Positions 15,986 to 29,719 of a DNA stretch of 248,000 bases are shown in pieces. A program made the position numbers and the translations under genes. Source of the DNA: Octopus vulgaris (Eukaryota); NCBI GenBank assembly GCA_951406725.2, contig OX597821.1, positions 102,196,001 to 102,444,000 on the forward strand, read 5' to 3'. Below the pieces are notes generated by a model. The model ran no database searches and was not told the origin of the DNA. It worked only from the letters and a program-made list of their open reading frames with translations. Within the stretch, counting starts at the first letter, position 1. Each line of letters begins with the position of its first letter.

Positions 15986-18000
15986 AAAGATTTAACATAA
16001 ACACAATAATTGGAAAATTTTATAAAACCATAAAAAACAAAATTAATAGTTAATTCCTCACCATACCTGGTTAGAGAGAGAGAGAGAGAGGCTTATTAAA
16101 CAAATACCTATCTAGCTAGCTAGATATTTGTTTAAGAAATTGATTGGTAAATTACTAGTAATTGAATAAAATGAAAATCAGTCTGCTCAGTTTATGTCGG
16201 TCCTTAGGAATTGTGGGTTTAAAAATAGTCTCTGCTGGCAGTTAACCCTTTTGATACCAACTCACCTAAGACTCTCTCAGTCTTTATGATGCAAACTTTG
16301 TGTTTTAAAGTGATCCATCCATCTGTTATTACATCCATCCATTCATCTCTGTCCACTATTCTTGAGAGGGTCATGGTAGTAGAGTCCTCAGGCAATTCTT
16401 TCATAGGGTCCTATCAGAAGCAGCTATTCTTATTCTTTCTTGCTGGATTCCTAGACATGACCAACGAAGGCTATGAATATTATCCAATCATCTCACCCTT
16501 GCTCTGCTCCCAGCCTCCTGCCATTTGGCTCGGATTGAACAATCTGTCTTACAATCCTTTCCTGTGACCACCATCATAATCATTTAACATCCGTTTTCCA
16601 TGCTGGCATGGTTGGGACACTTTGACAAGAGCTAGTCAACCAGAGAGCTGCACCAAGCTCCTGTTGTCTGTTTTGGCATGGTTTCTATGGCTGGATGCCC
16701 TTCCTAATGCCAACCACTTTACAGAGTGTGCTGGGTGCTTTTTATGTGATACCAGCATTTGTGAGCTCACAAGACAAGGACTTCTTGGCTGAGAGAGGGA
16801 TAGCCAAAAGTACAAGAATAGTACACAACATAAAAACACAAGACTGAAAATTAAACACTGTAAGGTTGTTTGTGGTTCTTTATTTTATTTTGTTTTGTAT
16901 CTAGGTTTTTTTTTTTGCTGTTTTGTTTATATTGTTGGTCTGTGACAGCTGTAGCTGACTTTTCACTGTTGTTGCTATTCTAGTCTTCCATACTTAACTG
17001 TAGCATTGAAACTGTCCCATTCTTCTTGTAAGAGTCTCTGCTTATATTTCCTTCTACTCTGCCATTTCTTGTAATTCAAAATGCCCAAAGGAATAATTAT
17101 CCACTGCCACAACACTGATAATGCATTAACCCACCACCACCACCACCAAAACAACAACAAACTATCACACTATTACCACCACCACCACAACTACAAAGAC
17201 AACAAACTACCACACTACTATCACCATTACCATAACCACAAATTACCACCACCAACAGCAACACAACTTTCACCCTCCATCACCAACACCCTGTCAACAC
17301 AACTCACCACCGTCACCTCCACCACCATTGCCATCAACACCACCACCACTAAATTACATTGTAGTATTCCTTGTAATAATGGAAAGCAATAGTAAACAAG
17401 ATAGGTAAGCATGCACACACACACACACACACTTTCACTCACACACTTATACACAATTACACTCAAGGAAAACAACAGCAGCAGCAGCAATAACAACAAT
17501 AAAGAAAATAGGAACAACTTAATCAACATTAAACTCAAAAACATTAAACATTTGTGTTTGTATACATGTGGTGAGGCCACCACATTTAGATGTATGAGCC
17601 CTGTGATATTACAGCTACTGTTGCATCAACAACAACAACATTTTATTCTGTTATTGCAACAAGGGTGACAGATGAGAGGACTTAACTAATACTAACAATA
17701 ATAATAACAACAACACCAAAACAAACCACAGACATTCTCAAGGCACACAGAACTGCAACTGGTAGAACAGTGAAAGCACACAATAACAATAGAACTACTG
17801 AGACAAAAAACAGTAACAACACCTACAACAATAATAATAATAATTGCTGCCAAGCTTGTATTTCTCATTGGATACTGGATGCATTAACTGGGCAATATTG
17901 TTTTTATTAAAGTTTTTTTAAAAAAGTACAAGAGAGAAGAGTGAGAAAGAAAGAGGAAAAATAAAAGAAAAAAAAACACTTGGAAGAGGTAAAAACAGAA

Positions 18001-18531
18001 ATGTCTTACATTGACAAAGTGGATAACTGGGATGTTACAAGCGTTAGGAAAGAGACGGACAGTGTTATTACTTCTGAAAGATCAAAAAAACGAAGTAAGC
18101 ACAGTAGATCAAAAAAATCCGTCACAAACTCAACATACACACACAATTTTGAACCACCGCCACCACCTTCATCATCAGACTTCCATTTTCAGAACCCTCA
18201 ACTGCCTGAGGTGGAATCAACTTCTAACCATTCTTATAGACCGAATAATGAAAAGCAGCTAAACAATAAAGATAAGAAGAATTTTGGCAACTCTGCTATA
18301 CAGAAACCCAATCTGAGTACTTTTAAATCTCCACCTTCAACACCACCACCTTCCAAATCAGAAAGGGTTAACTCTGCAAATCCTTATATTGTACCTGTGG
18401 AAACCTCCGTTCGTTCGCAACCTGTAGCAATACAAACAAGGTGTGAAACTTCTGAAAATCAAGGATGGGCAAAGCAAAAATACAAGAAGTGTGTGGAAAA
18501 AGTAACCGAAAACCCTTTCCGGATTAGCAAG
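18001..18531 (+). CDS. Orphan TM gene, coding exon 1
   Basis: Non-repetitive 177-codon open frame from ATG 18001 to the donor at 18531/18532. Confidence 0.75.
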
Positions 18532-19242
18532 GTTTGCTCTTTTTTATAATTGTATTTTGTACAGGACAAAGGTCAGGATTGTGGGTTCCATACCATTCTG
18601 AAAATATACATGTTTAGGTATGGTTGTATGGTTAACAGACTTGCTTTTTAAACATGGTTTCAAGTTCAGCCCCACAGTGCGACACCTGGGGCATCTTCTA
18701 CTATGGCTCTGGGTTAACCAACGGCTTGTGAGTGAATTTCATATATATGTAAGTGGGTGTGTGTTCCTGTCTGCTTGCAACTGCCCCCCGCTCCCCATTT
18801 GACAACCAGCATGTTTCCTTCCCCATAACTTAGTGGTTCAGCAAAAGAGGCAGATAGAGTAAGTACCGGATTTTTAAAAAAGCAAAAAAAAAAAAAAAAT
18901 GCAGAAGTACTGGGGGTGATTTGTTTGACTAAAACCCTTCAAGATGGTGCCCCAGCATGGCCACAGTCTAATGATTGATAAGTGAAATAAAGAAAAGGTT
19001 GTCATCAGATAACACAATTAAGTGCACTCTTTGTTAAGATCTATTTTTAAAAAATCATTACTTTATCCTCTTTGACTCTTTGATAGGCATGGCCGTGTGG
19101 TAAGAAGTTTGCTTCCCAGCCACATGGTTCCAGGTTCAGTTCCACTGTATTTGGGCAAGTGTCTTCAAAAATAGCCTCAGGCTGACCAAAGCTTTATGAG
19201 TGGATTTGATAGACAGAAACACAGAAAGTGAAAGAAGCCTGT

Positions 19243-19291
<49 letters not shown>

Positions 19292-19877
19292 ATGTGTGTG
19301 TGTGTATGTAATATATATGTGTGTGTGTGTGTGTATGTAATATATATGTGTGTGTGTGTGTGTATTTATGTGTCTCTTTGTATTTGTCTCCTACCACTGC
19401 TTGACAACTGGTGCTGGTATGTTTACATCTCTGTAACATAGCAGTTCAGTAAAAGAGACCAATAGAATAAGTACTAGGCTTTAAAAATAAATCCTGGATT
19501 GATTCATTCAACTAAAAGCCCTCCAAGGTGGTGCCCCAGCATGGTCACAGTCAAATGACTAAAATAAGTAAAACATAAAAGATACCAAGCTCACCTAAGT
19601 CTACCTTTGATTCCATGATACAAAACTGACCAAAATACCAGCTTTAACTCTTTAGCATTCAGCTCATTCTATCAAATGGTGTGTTTAATCATTCATATTC
19701 ATCATCATTATATAGGTGCAGGAGTGGCTGTGTGGTAAGTAGCTTGCTTACCAACCACATGGTTCTAGGTTCAGTCCCACTACGTGGCACCTTGGGCAAG
19801 TGTCTTCTAATATAGCCTCAGGCCAACCAAAGCCTTGTGAGTAGATTTGGTAGATGGAAACTGAAAGAAGCCCATCG

Positions 19878-19910
<33 letters not shown>

Positions 19911-20770
19911 ATACATTTGTGTGTCTGTGTTTGTCCCCCCCAACATCGCTTGACAACCGATGCTGGTGTGTTTACGTCCCCGTAACTTAGCAGTATGGCA
20001 AAAGAGACTGATACAAAGAATAAGACCTGGGGTCAATTTGCTCAACTAAAGGTTCCAGCATGGAAACAAGTAAAAGAGTTCCATTTGCTTCAGACTTATC
20101 TCTAATTCTAGTGAAAATAAAGTTTTATAGGTGGATCTGTTTGAAACTCTCTCCTAAACTACCTTTGCACTTTGACTGCTTTTTCACCCTTCCAGTAACA
20201 CTGTAGGATAAATTTCCATTGTTCAAAGCTTACCCTGACTTCTTTCTATTTCTATTGGGTTAAACCTAAAAGGAAATAATAATTGAGTTATCAGCTGTTC
20301 AAGTGTGTATATATGGGTGTTTGTGATAACCTTCTACACATCTTCTGCCTATCAAATTTACTCACAAGGCAATTTGTGGCTATAGTATAGGGTATTTTCT
20401 GAAGGTGCTTCATAGTAGGACTGAACCTGAAATCATGTGGTTGTGAAGTCAACTTCTTAACCACACAACCATATAAATAACACACACACACACACACACA
20501 AAGATGCATTAATTATATAATTTAATTATATATGCAATTAAAAATCTAGGATGTAAATACCTTGGTGTACATGTATGTATGTGTTATTTGTTAGCACATT
20601 TATATGCATATCTTAATATTTTTCTTTCTCTCTTTCTGTTACAGGATTGCTGCAGTGACTGGATGAAACATTGGTGGTGGGTAGTTTTACTGTTGTTACT
20701 GAGTGTTATTGGAATCATCATTGGAACCATTCTGGCTCTAGTTCCTTTAAGGTCCAACCATGAAGATTAA
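18001..20770 (+). CDS. Two-exon orphan gene, ~218 aa, Pro/Ser/Lys-rich N-terminus with a C-terminal transmembrane helix (tail-anchored-like)
   Basis: join(18001..18531,20645..20770). Donor AAG|gtttgc and acceptor ttctgttacag|GAT are both phase 0. Exon 2 reads DCCSDWMKHWWWVVLLLLLSVIGIIIGTILALVPLRSNHED*. Confidence 0.75.
20645..20770 (+). CDS. Orphan TM gene, coding exon 2 (hydrophobic helix and stop)
   Basis: Polypyrimidine tract plus CAG acceptor, in phase with exon 1; ~23-residue hydrophobic run. Confidence 0.75.
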   Translation, partial: DCCSDWMKHWWWVVLLLLLSVIGIIIGTILALVPLRSNHED

Positions 20771-22657
20771 TGCCTTCATTGCAAATAAATGGATAAAGAA
20801 GAGGTTGATAGTGTAAGTGAAACTAAATCAAATATATGTATTAAAAATATTCTTTTGAAAATTTGTCACTGAAAAATATCCAAAAATATCACATAATCAC
20901 TACAACATTTTATATTTGTCCAGGTACTTGTATACACACACACACACATTCGCTTTTTTTGCAGCTTGAGTAACCATATATCTTCTCTATAGCAAGACAC
21001 CTTTCCTATACTTTAACCTCTCATCACCTATTATAAAGTCACTTCCCCCAGAATACACTCCACTCATCTGAGGCGGCTTATCTTGCCAGTTAATTGGTGA
21101 CCTCATGTGTTTTCTCAGTATGCTCTGTAAAATGGTTGGTGATATGAAGAACATCCAGCTGTAAGAACCATATGAAAGCAGACAGTTGTTTGGCAGTCCT
21201 CTGACTTGTCAGCACCTGTTAAACCATCCAACCCATGCTAGCATTGAAACCAAACATTAAATAATGGTGAAAATAATGTTGATGATGTGTGTGTGTGTCT
21301 GTGTGCACCTCCTCATCTTTTTACATCTATTTTTCATGCTGGCATGATACACATAGATTGTCAACATCCAAAGCAGTTCTTATTCAGAGTTACTCCTTGC
21401 AAAACAGGTCAGAAACCACACCTTGCTTATACACTTCATTTTGGCTAGAAGCCTTTCCTATCACCAATTGCTTTACAATGTGCTCAAGGTGCAGTTTTTG
21501 GTGGCACATTACATAAGCGATGAAAATTTTATCACTGGCATCTTGTCTCATCAAAATAAAAGATGATGTTCATGAAAGTGGCAGGTATTTTTTCTAGCAC
21601 CTCATTCTTGCAATCACCCACAGTAATGCTTGAGTGTTTAGGGTTGCTTTAAAATTTTTTAGAGAGAATTACCAGTGTACTTGTGCATAACTGAGAGTGA
21701 GTGTATGCTCTTTTGACCAATTTTTATTGTTCTTCTAGGAACGTAATAATTTTTTGTTTTGAAAACTATGAAGCCGAGTATTATTTATTGGTAAATTAAG
21801 AAAAAAAATACTGGTTGTGAATCACTGCGTTCTCTGTTCAAATTTCCCAGTTGATTTTCCAATGTGCTTTTGTGACATTCTTACAATAAGTAACAAAACT
21901 ACCAGACTGTTGATTCAATCAAATATTCTTCTTCTTTAAAAATGATGTTGACCATTTTTTTTTTCAACGCTAGAAATATTTTTCATTGAAAAAAAATTGA
22001 TCTATTTCATTCTTATATATAAATCGGACTATAAAACTGCAATAACAAGAAAATATGGAGGGGAAACAATGCAATGTCTCAGAAATGATATAAGGGAGAT
22101 AATTTTATCTAAAGAGTTCGATGATGGGAGATAATATTTCATAGTAATGGCATAGGAATTGTTAGCTTCAAAGGTGATAAAGACAAATAGAATGTATTAT
22201 TATTGCACCGGTTTTGTTGAGTTATTCACCAGCATGTTACCATATATCAACTTTTGTATATCATTGAACTGACGCTGGCTATTACCACCTGTTGTTGACA
22301 GCTGCTAAATTAATAAACATAGGTTCTCAAGAATGTAGTTTGAGTTCAAATTTCAATAAAAGTTGATCTTGCCCTGTCTTACTGTGAAGTCCATAAAGTA
22401 AATTATTATACAGGCTGAAGAGACATATGATCAATGATGTTCAAGCCGTAATCATCTTGTCTCTGTTTTAGTCAGGAGCTGGACAAAACTGCCGTGAGAA
22501 CCCTCTCCATTAAAGTAGAAATAAGGATAAGAGTCCCTTAGTTCAAATGTGTGCTGCATGTTCTGTTTGTTGAGAGCTGAACATGCTATTCATATGAGGT
22601 CTCATGACAGCATTTATTAATTAACGAGGTAGCCTTCTTCTGTAAAGTGGTTTCAAC

Positions 22658-22699
<42 letters not shown>

Positions 22700-22869
22700 A
22701 CTCATGTAATATTTTGTCTGGGTTTTCACATTTTGGGTTCATTGGGAATACATGAAAGAGTCATACCCAATGACTAGTGTAGCAGCATCATAGCCAAATG
22801 CTACAAAGGTAAAGGTGATGCCTAAGATACAAATAATTACAGAGGTATCAAGTTATTGGATCAGGTGAT

Positions 22870-23900
22870 GACAGTCATGGAGAGGGTCATAGCCCAACTA
22901 ATTAGGGAGAGAGTTAGTTTAGATGAGATGCAGTCTGGTTTAAACTAAGGAGAAGCACCACTGATGCTATATTTCTGGTAAGACAGCTGCAGGAGAAATA
23001 CCTAGCCAAACATAAAAATTTCTGTACTTGGCTTTCGTTGACATGGAGAAAGCCTTTGACAGGGTCCCCCAATCCTTATCTGGTGGTCAAAGTGGAAACT
23101 AGGAATAGATGAGTGGTGAGTGAGAGCTGTACAAGCGATGTACAGGGATGCTGTCAGTAAGGTGAGGGTTGGCAACAAATATAGTGAAGAATTTCGGGTA
23201 GAAGTAGAGGTTCACCAAGGTATAGTTCTCAGCCCCCTCTTATTCATCATAGTCCTCCAGGCAATAACAGAGGAATTCAAAACAGGATGCCCCTGGGAGC
23301 TCCTCTATGCTGATGACCTTGCTTTAATAGCTGAGTCACTATCAGAACTAGAGAAGTTTCAGGTGTGGAAGCAAGGTCTAGAATCGAAAGGCCTTAGAGT
23401 TAAACTAGCAAAAACCAAAGTCTTAATAAGTAGGAAGGCAGACAAAGGACCTTTTGCTTGGAGTGAAATGTAGACTATATGATGCATGTGTGTTGACAGC
23501 CATGCTACACAGCAGTGAAACATGGGCTGTGACTGCTGAGGACATGTGTAAGCTTGCAAGAAATGAAGCTAGTATACTCTGCTGGATGTGTAATGTCAGT
23601 GTGCATACATGACAGAGTGTAAGTGTCCCGAGAGAAAAGTTGGACATAAGAAGGATCGGATGTGGTGTGCAAGAGAGACGACCGTGCTGGTATGGTCATG
23701 TGTTGCATATGGGTGACAGCTGTGTGGAAAAGTATCAAACCCTAAGAGTGGAGGGAACCTGTGGAAGAGGTAGACTCAGCAAGACTTGGGATGAGGTGGT
23801 GAAGCATGACCTTCGAACGTTGGGCCTCACAGAGGCAATGACAAGTGACCAAGACCTTTGGAGATATGCTGTGTTTGAGAAGACTTGGCAAGCCAAGTGA
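22870..23900 (+). mobile_element. Degenerate RTE-type non-LTR retrotransposon (RT domain and 3' end)
   Basis: Frameshifted RT motifs: FVDMEKAFDRVP, VHQGIVLSPLLF, LLYADDLALIA, KGLRVKLAKTK, then WYGHVLHM and GRGRLSKTWDEVVKHDL. Confidence 0.9.
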
Positions 23901-23949
23901 GACCATAACCATGGCCTATGCCAGTGTCCCACTACCAGCCCATTTAAGA

Positions 23950-24485
23950 GGACTCTTCAATTACTGGGCAATAAACTGAGCTTGAGAAGACCTGTTGAGT
24001 CAAATAAAATCATTGTCGTGGCTGATGCCAGCACCACCTGACTGGCACCTGTGTCAGTGGTACATAAAAAGTAACATTTGAGCGTGGTTGATGTCAGTCC
24101 CAATGGACTGGCTTCCATGCCGGTGGCACATAAAAAGCACCATACAAACATGGTCGATGCCAATGCCACCTGACTGGTCCCATGCTGGTGGCATGTAAAA
24201 AGCATCATTCAAGTGTGGTCATTGCCAGTTCCGCCTGACTGGCTCCTGTGCCAGTTGCATGTAAAAAGCACCGTTCAAGTGTAATCGATGCCAGTACTGC
24301 CTGACTGGCCCTTGTGCTGTTGACATGTAAAAAGCACCCATTACACTGTTGGAGTGGTTGGCATTAGGAAGGGCATCCAGCTGTAGAAACCATGCCAGAT
24401 CAGATTGGAGCCTGGTGCAGCCACCTGGTTTGCAAGTCCTCATCCAACCCATGCCAATATGGAAAGCAATGTTAAATGATGATAA
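23950..24485 (-). mobile_element. SINE/non-autonomous RTE-tail family C with internal ~55-66 bp tandem units
   Basis: Contains the ggatgcccttcctaatgccaacc motif, a (CAT)n end and repeated gtgcca...ggtgctttttac units; dozens of copies in the window. Confidence 0.75.
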
Positions 24486-27400
24486 TGATGTCATTTTCCT
24501 TGTTTGTTAATATCAGTAAATTTGGGCATTGCCATCAAGTTTATGACAAGGAAGAGATTGGTTAAAATATAATAGAATCCATGTGATATATTGTTTGCCT
24601 GGGATTCACATTACAAATGATGGTTGTGCATGTAAGCTGAAGCATTAGCGAAAGTTTTCTGAAGTGCTGTTAGATTGGTTGTTTTGTGACTTTGGATGTT
24701 AGTATTTCAGAAGTTTACTCCAGAATTCCTTGAAGAGTCAATCCTATCTTTTGCAGTAGACTGACAACTCCAAGTATGTTTCGATCTTATTAGACCTCAT
24801 TAAAAAAAAAACATAGTTTATTTTTATTATCAAATTTTAGACTGACTAGATAAGATGTGAGATTTTTCTGAATGGATAGTGAATGACATGATTACTATGT
24901 AATTGTGAACATGTTAATAGTGAATAAAAGTGTCACTTTCATTTGAATTCCTTTTTGGTAAACAGTAACTTAGTGGTTTGGTCAAAGTGACCAATAGAAT
25001 AAGTACTAGACTAAAAAAAAAAAGGACTGGGGTTGATTCATTCGACTAAAAATTCTTCATGGCAGCGCTGCAGCATGGCCATGGTCGAATGACTGAAGCA
25101 TGAAAAAGATAAAAGACGTTAAGAATTTTTACTAAAACTGCATGGACGAAATTTGGGATAGAAGGCTACCAGAGGAATAGCATTTAAAATTCATAAGACG
25201 AGTCTTGTCACACAGAGAATCACACTGATTCTGGCTGAGTATTAGGTGAAAGATACCTGTATTTGTAGATTATCCAGCCACTAATGCTGTTAAGTTTCAT
25301 TGATCAACCAAGTGGTATACTTTTTCATAATCAAAATCGATAGAATAGCTACAAAGTTATTATTTGCGAGAACATTAATTTGGGTTAAAAATCAAGCTAA
25401 CGTGAATGGGGATTCTGCATCAAGTCTTTTTGGACTCTACTTAGCTCATGCTGTATCCTAGTTAGGTGCAAAACACAAAACATTCTATAACAGAAAATGG
25501 TGTAATGTTACAAATATTGATATCGTACAGCAGGTGTGGTTTCATTTATAAGAAATTAGATGAATAAATTGAAAATTAATTTCTAAAATATATATATATA
25601 TAAAAGTTAATAGAAGCGTCACATTCATTTTAATTTCTTTTTGATAAACAGTAAAAATGTAATTTACTAAAATTATGGATTTGGTGCTTTTCTACACGAT
25701 AGTCAAAGGGAGATAAATCCTTACAGTAACAAATTCTATTGCACAGCAAATATTGAAATTGTCAGATTATTTTATCCGAGATATTGCACCGCTGCAGTCA
25801 TTAACCACATAACCAAGCAAACTCTTCTGATTCAGCAAACTTATCGAATCATTCCAGCCGTGACCATCTCGTTATATCAAGGGGTACATTGTCCAATACC
25901 TCTTTCTTAAGGATGGCAGAGTAGATTTTAAGCAAATTTGGTTGCTAATTCTATTGAGTTGAATGACCACATAGAAGCTTTCTTGTTGTTGATCCTTCTT
26001 CAATAACTGTTGATGGTTTGTTTTCTCTTTTGCTTGGAAAAGGAGTTATTTGAATACTGGTACCATTTTAGTATGTGGAAGTCGCTGAAGTTTCAAGTCT
26101 GCTAGTTTAAATTTATTTTGATGTTATTAAGTTGGTCCCTGAAATAAGGTCCCATCTTTTATTTTCCAAGTAAAATTTTTGTCAAAATTAATATTAAAAA
26201 AATAGAAATAACAAAGTAATTAAAATAATGGTTTAAAATTTTGGCATAAGCCAGCAAGTTTGATGGAAGGGAATAAGTTGATTACATTAACCCATGTACT
26301 TGACTGGTACTTTGCTTTTCATCCTTCGGAAGTCAATAAAATAATGTCGACCAAAGTTGAATTTGAACTCAAAATGGAAAGAGCTGGATGAAATGTTTTG
26401 CTGCATTTTGTCTGACACACTAATGATTCTGCCAGCTTGCTGCTTTAAGAAGGAAAAAAATGTATCATATTTATCCTCAATTAACATTCATCTTTCCCAC
26501 CAGCCAGGGTTGGATGATTTGGCGGGATCCATTGAGCTGGACTGTATTGAGCTCCAATGCCTGCTTTGACATGGTTTGGATACCCTTCCAAACACCAACC
26601 ACTTTACAAAATGTACTGAGTGCTTCTTCCATGATACCAGCACTACAAGGTGACTAGGTAACTAACAAGACAAAGAAAAGATGCTTGACTAAGTAGGGTT
26701 GTAGCAAAGAGGGTGATGGCTTTATACCTTGCTACAGAAGAAATACATGGCTTCTCTGCAGTATATAAGGGCATGCGGGTCTAGCTATAAAGAAGACAAT
26801 ACTGGTGAGGATGAGGCGTCAGAGCATAATCTCAAAGCACAAGAAAGTGATTAGAGAGAATACAGACAAATAATCTTAGATGAATTCATTCAAGTATGAA
26901 AGGAGAGTAACAGACGGTTAGAGATGGGTGTTGAAGTGAATGGAATAAGGGAGGTGTCGTCAATGGTATGTATCAGTGTGAGGGGGAGACGAAAGAATAG
27001 GAATGGCTCAAGGAGATGATAAATTGCAGTACAAGAAAGGAAGATAGCAGCAACATAATAAACTTATGCACAGTACTTAACCTATTAACACTAGTCCAAG
27101 GGAAATAACTCTTTCATCCATTAATATCAGTTCATGGGAAATAACTCTTTCTCAATATTTTTCAATATCAATATACCACCACCACCTGTCTGTCTGTCTC
27201 TCAATAGAACTGCTACCCCCGCTATCTCTTTCTATCTATTTTTCTCTTCAGCTAACTTTTTAACCACGTAATAAGTATTCCTTCCCCTTTTTCTGTCATT
27301 CTTCTCTTCTACCCTCAGCTGACCACGTGATGCATTTGGCCTAAATGTATTAATATTAATCAGCTTTCTCTACTTCCTCTCTCCTTTCTTCACTCCCTCT

Positions 27401-29257
27401 CTCTCTACCTCTGCAATTAACTAATGTATAACTGGCAAATGAACATGCAGATTATTATATATACAGATTATAATATATATATATACAAATTTTTTTCTTT
27501 CTTTTTCAGTAACAAAGAAAAGAGAGAAAGCAATTTTGTTTTCTTCTGCATCGACCAAAACTAAAGACAAATTTTTGCAACAATGTATTTCCCCACCAAA
27601 ACAGGACACCTTTAAAATACACATTTTCTTCTTTTCACCATTTACTTTATATATATAACAACTTGTAAAGTTTATTCAATGCCAATTTTTAAATCCTTCT
27701 GTCCAACCAGAAGACATCATAAACAGAGTTCATCAACAATCTACAGAAGACTTCTGCGAAAAACCATAATTTGATCTAATAATATAATTAATCAATCATT
27801 TACTAACAAACATTTATTAAGTATGCAATGCACTATCATTATTCTGTCTAATTTGTACACTAAGCACCAACTAGCTTATCATCTAGTTGTGCTTAATTTA
27901 ATAAACTCTAAAACATGACTGTGTGACTAGAATGTTTGTTCTGTAAGTACATGGATCCAGATGTGATCTTAGTGTGCAACTGTCTCTTATCTTGCCTTGA
28001 TATTCTCGTATGGAACTTGATAGAAGGAAACTGTGTAGAAACCTGATGTATGTATATATAAATATATACACATTCAGACATATACAGCACATATACATCT
28101 TTTCACTTCAAGCCTAGTTCCATTTTCTTCTTTCAGTTATTTTTATTCTTTTAAAGTCCACTCACTCTCCTACTTCACATCTCAATACCATACACACATT
28201 TCTCTCCCTATCATTTGTCTACTCTCAATATATCTTTTATTTTATCACTTTACCTCTCTAATTCCCATTTCCTGTTTGCATTTCTATATATTTCAGCATC
28301 TGCTTTCATGACTTCCTTTCTCACTTGCTGGCCTCTTCACCCCTCCACTCACCACACACTTAGTCAATCTTCCACCTATCTATTTATCTCTCTCAGGACA
28401 GTCTTCGTCCCACCACCATATCAGAAAGGGAGGAAACCAACAAAAAAAAACACACATTTGGCATTTTATATTTTAAGCTATACATGTTTTTATGTATGTG
28501 AATCTGTACCTGTATTCATGTTTACACACCAATTGTTATTGTGTTCCTTTAAAGTTTATGAATTAGTAATTTGGTTAATAGAAATTGTTAAAATAACAAC
28601 CAGACTAGAATATGTAATAGGGTCAGTATGATGGACTTGTCAGTACTCAAGCATGGCTGCAGTCCAAATACTGAAACTTGTAACTAACTTTTTAAAACTG
28701 TTTTGTATTTGCCTTTTATATATTTTACAATTTATTTGAATAAATTATTTAAAAATTAATTAAATTTTATGTTAATATTGTTATTTATTTTAAGCAAATA
28801 TATAAGGATATATTCTTAAATGAAGTGTGTGTGGCTTGGTGGTTCGGGTGTTGCACTCATAATTGCAAAATTGTGGTTTCAATTCCTGGACCAGGGAGTG
28901 TGTTGTGTTGTGTTCTTGAGCAAAACACTTCATTTCACATTACTCCACTGTAAACGAATTACCCTGCAATGGATTGGCATCCTATTTAAAGGGAATGTCA
29001 TGATTTTGGTCAATTATACACTTTAGACCCAGTGGGGTGGCATCAGTTGAAAGCTACAACATGAAGAAGCACATTATGACTAGTGGTGGATAATAATGAT
29101 ATTCTTATGTATTTAGTCTCCCTGTGAGCAATATCAAATATAAATAAACTAAAATAAATTGTTGTCAAAATAAAAAGCCAATGGAAAAAAAAAGAAGAGT
29201 AAAGGAAAAAAAATTATAAAGAGTTGTTTTTTAATTAAATATTTTACTTTATTTTTT

Positions 29258-29719
29258 TTACCAAAATATCTCATATTTTTCTTGAATGTTTTTAATATTC
29301 CTAGAGAGAGATTCTTTTATTTGTGATTCTTTTAGAACAGTGAGAAGATCAAACATTGAGTCCAAAAGATGACACACAAAAGAGGCACTTATCTTAGAAT
29401 CATTCACTGATATTAAATTCATTGATATTTCTTGTAAATCTTCTTTGTTGCCTGAAGTTTTCAAATTTTCTAGATTGTTTGTTTTCGTTTGGAAATGAAT
29501 ACCACCAGATTCCAGTTTCAATGTTTGATCAAAGTAAAGAGATGCATAGGAGTTTAAAAATGATGTGGTTTCAACAAGATATAGCAATACGGTTTCACTG
29601 TTAAACCATGGCAGAAACTTAAGGATCAAAACTAAATTTGAAAATGTCTGGGATATCACCAAAATGGCGAACAACACATTTGTAGTTTGGTTGAGAACAT
29701 TTTCTGAAAGAATTAGTTT
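29258..29719 (-). CDS. GEMIN4: GEMIN4 terminal coding exon
   Basis: atattccag|AAA, in frame to the stop at 29258-29260. Confidence 0.8.
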   Translation of the reverse strand, partial: KLILSENVLNQTTNVLFAILVISQTFSNLVLILKFLPWFNSETVLLYLVETTSFLNSYASLYFDQTLKLESGGIHFQTKTNNLENLKTSGNKEDLQEISMNLISVNDSKISASFVCHLLDSMFDLLTVLKESQIKESLSRNIKNIQEKYEIFW

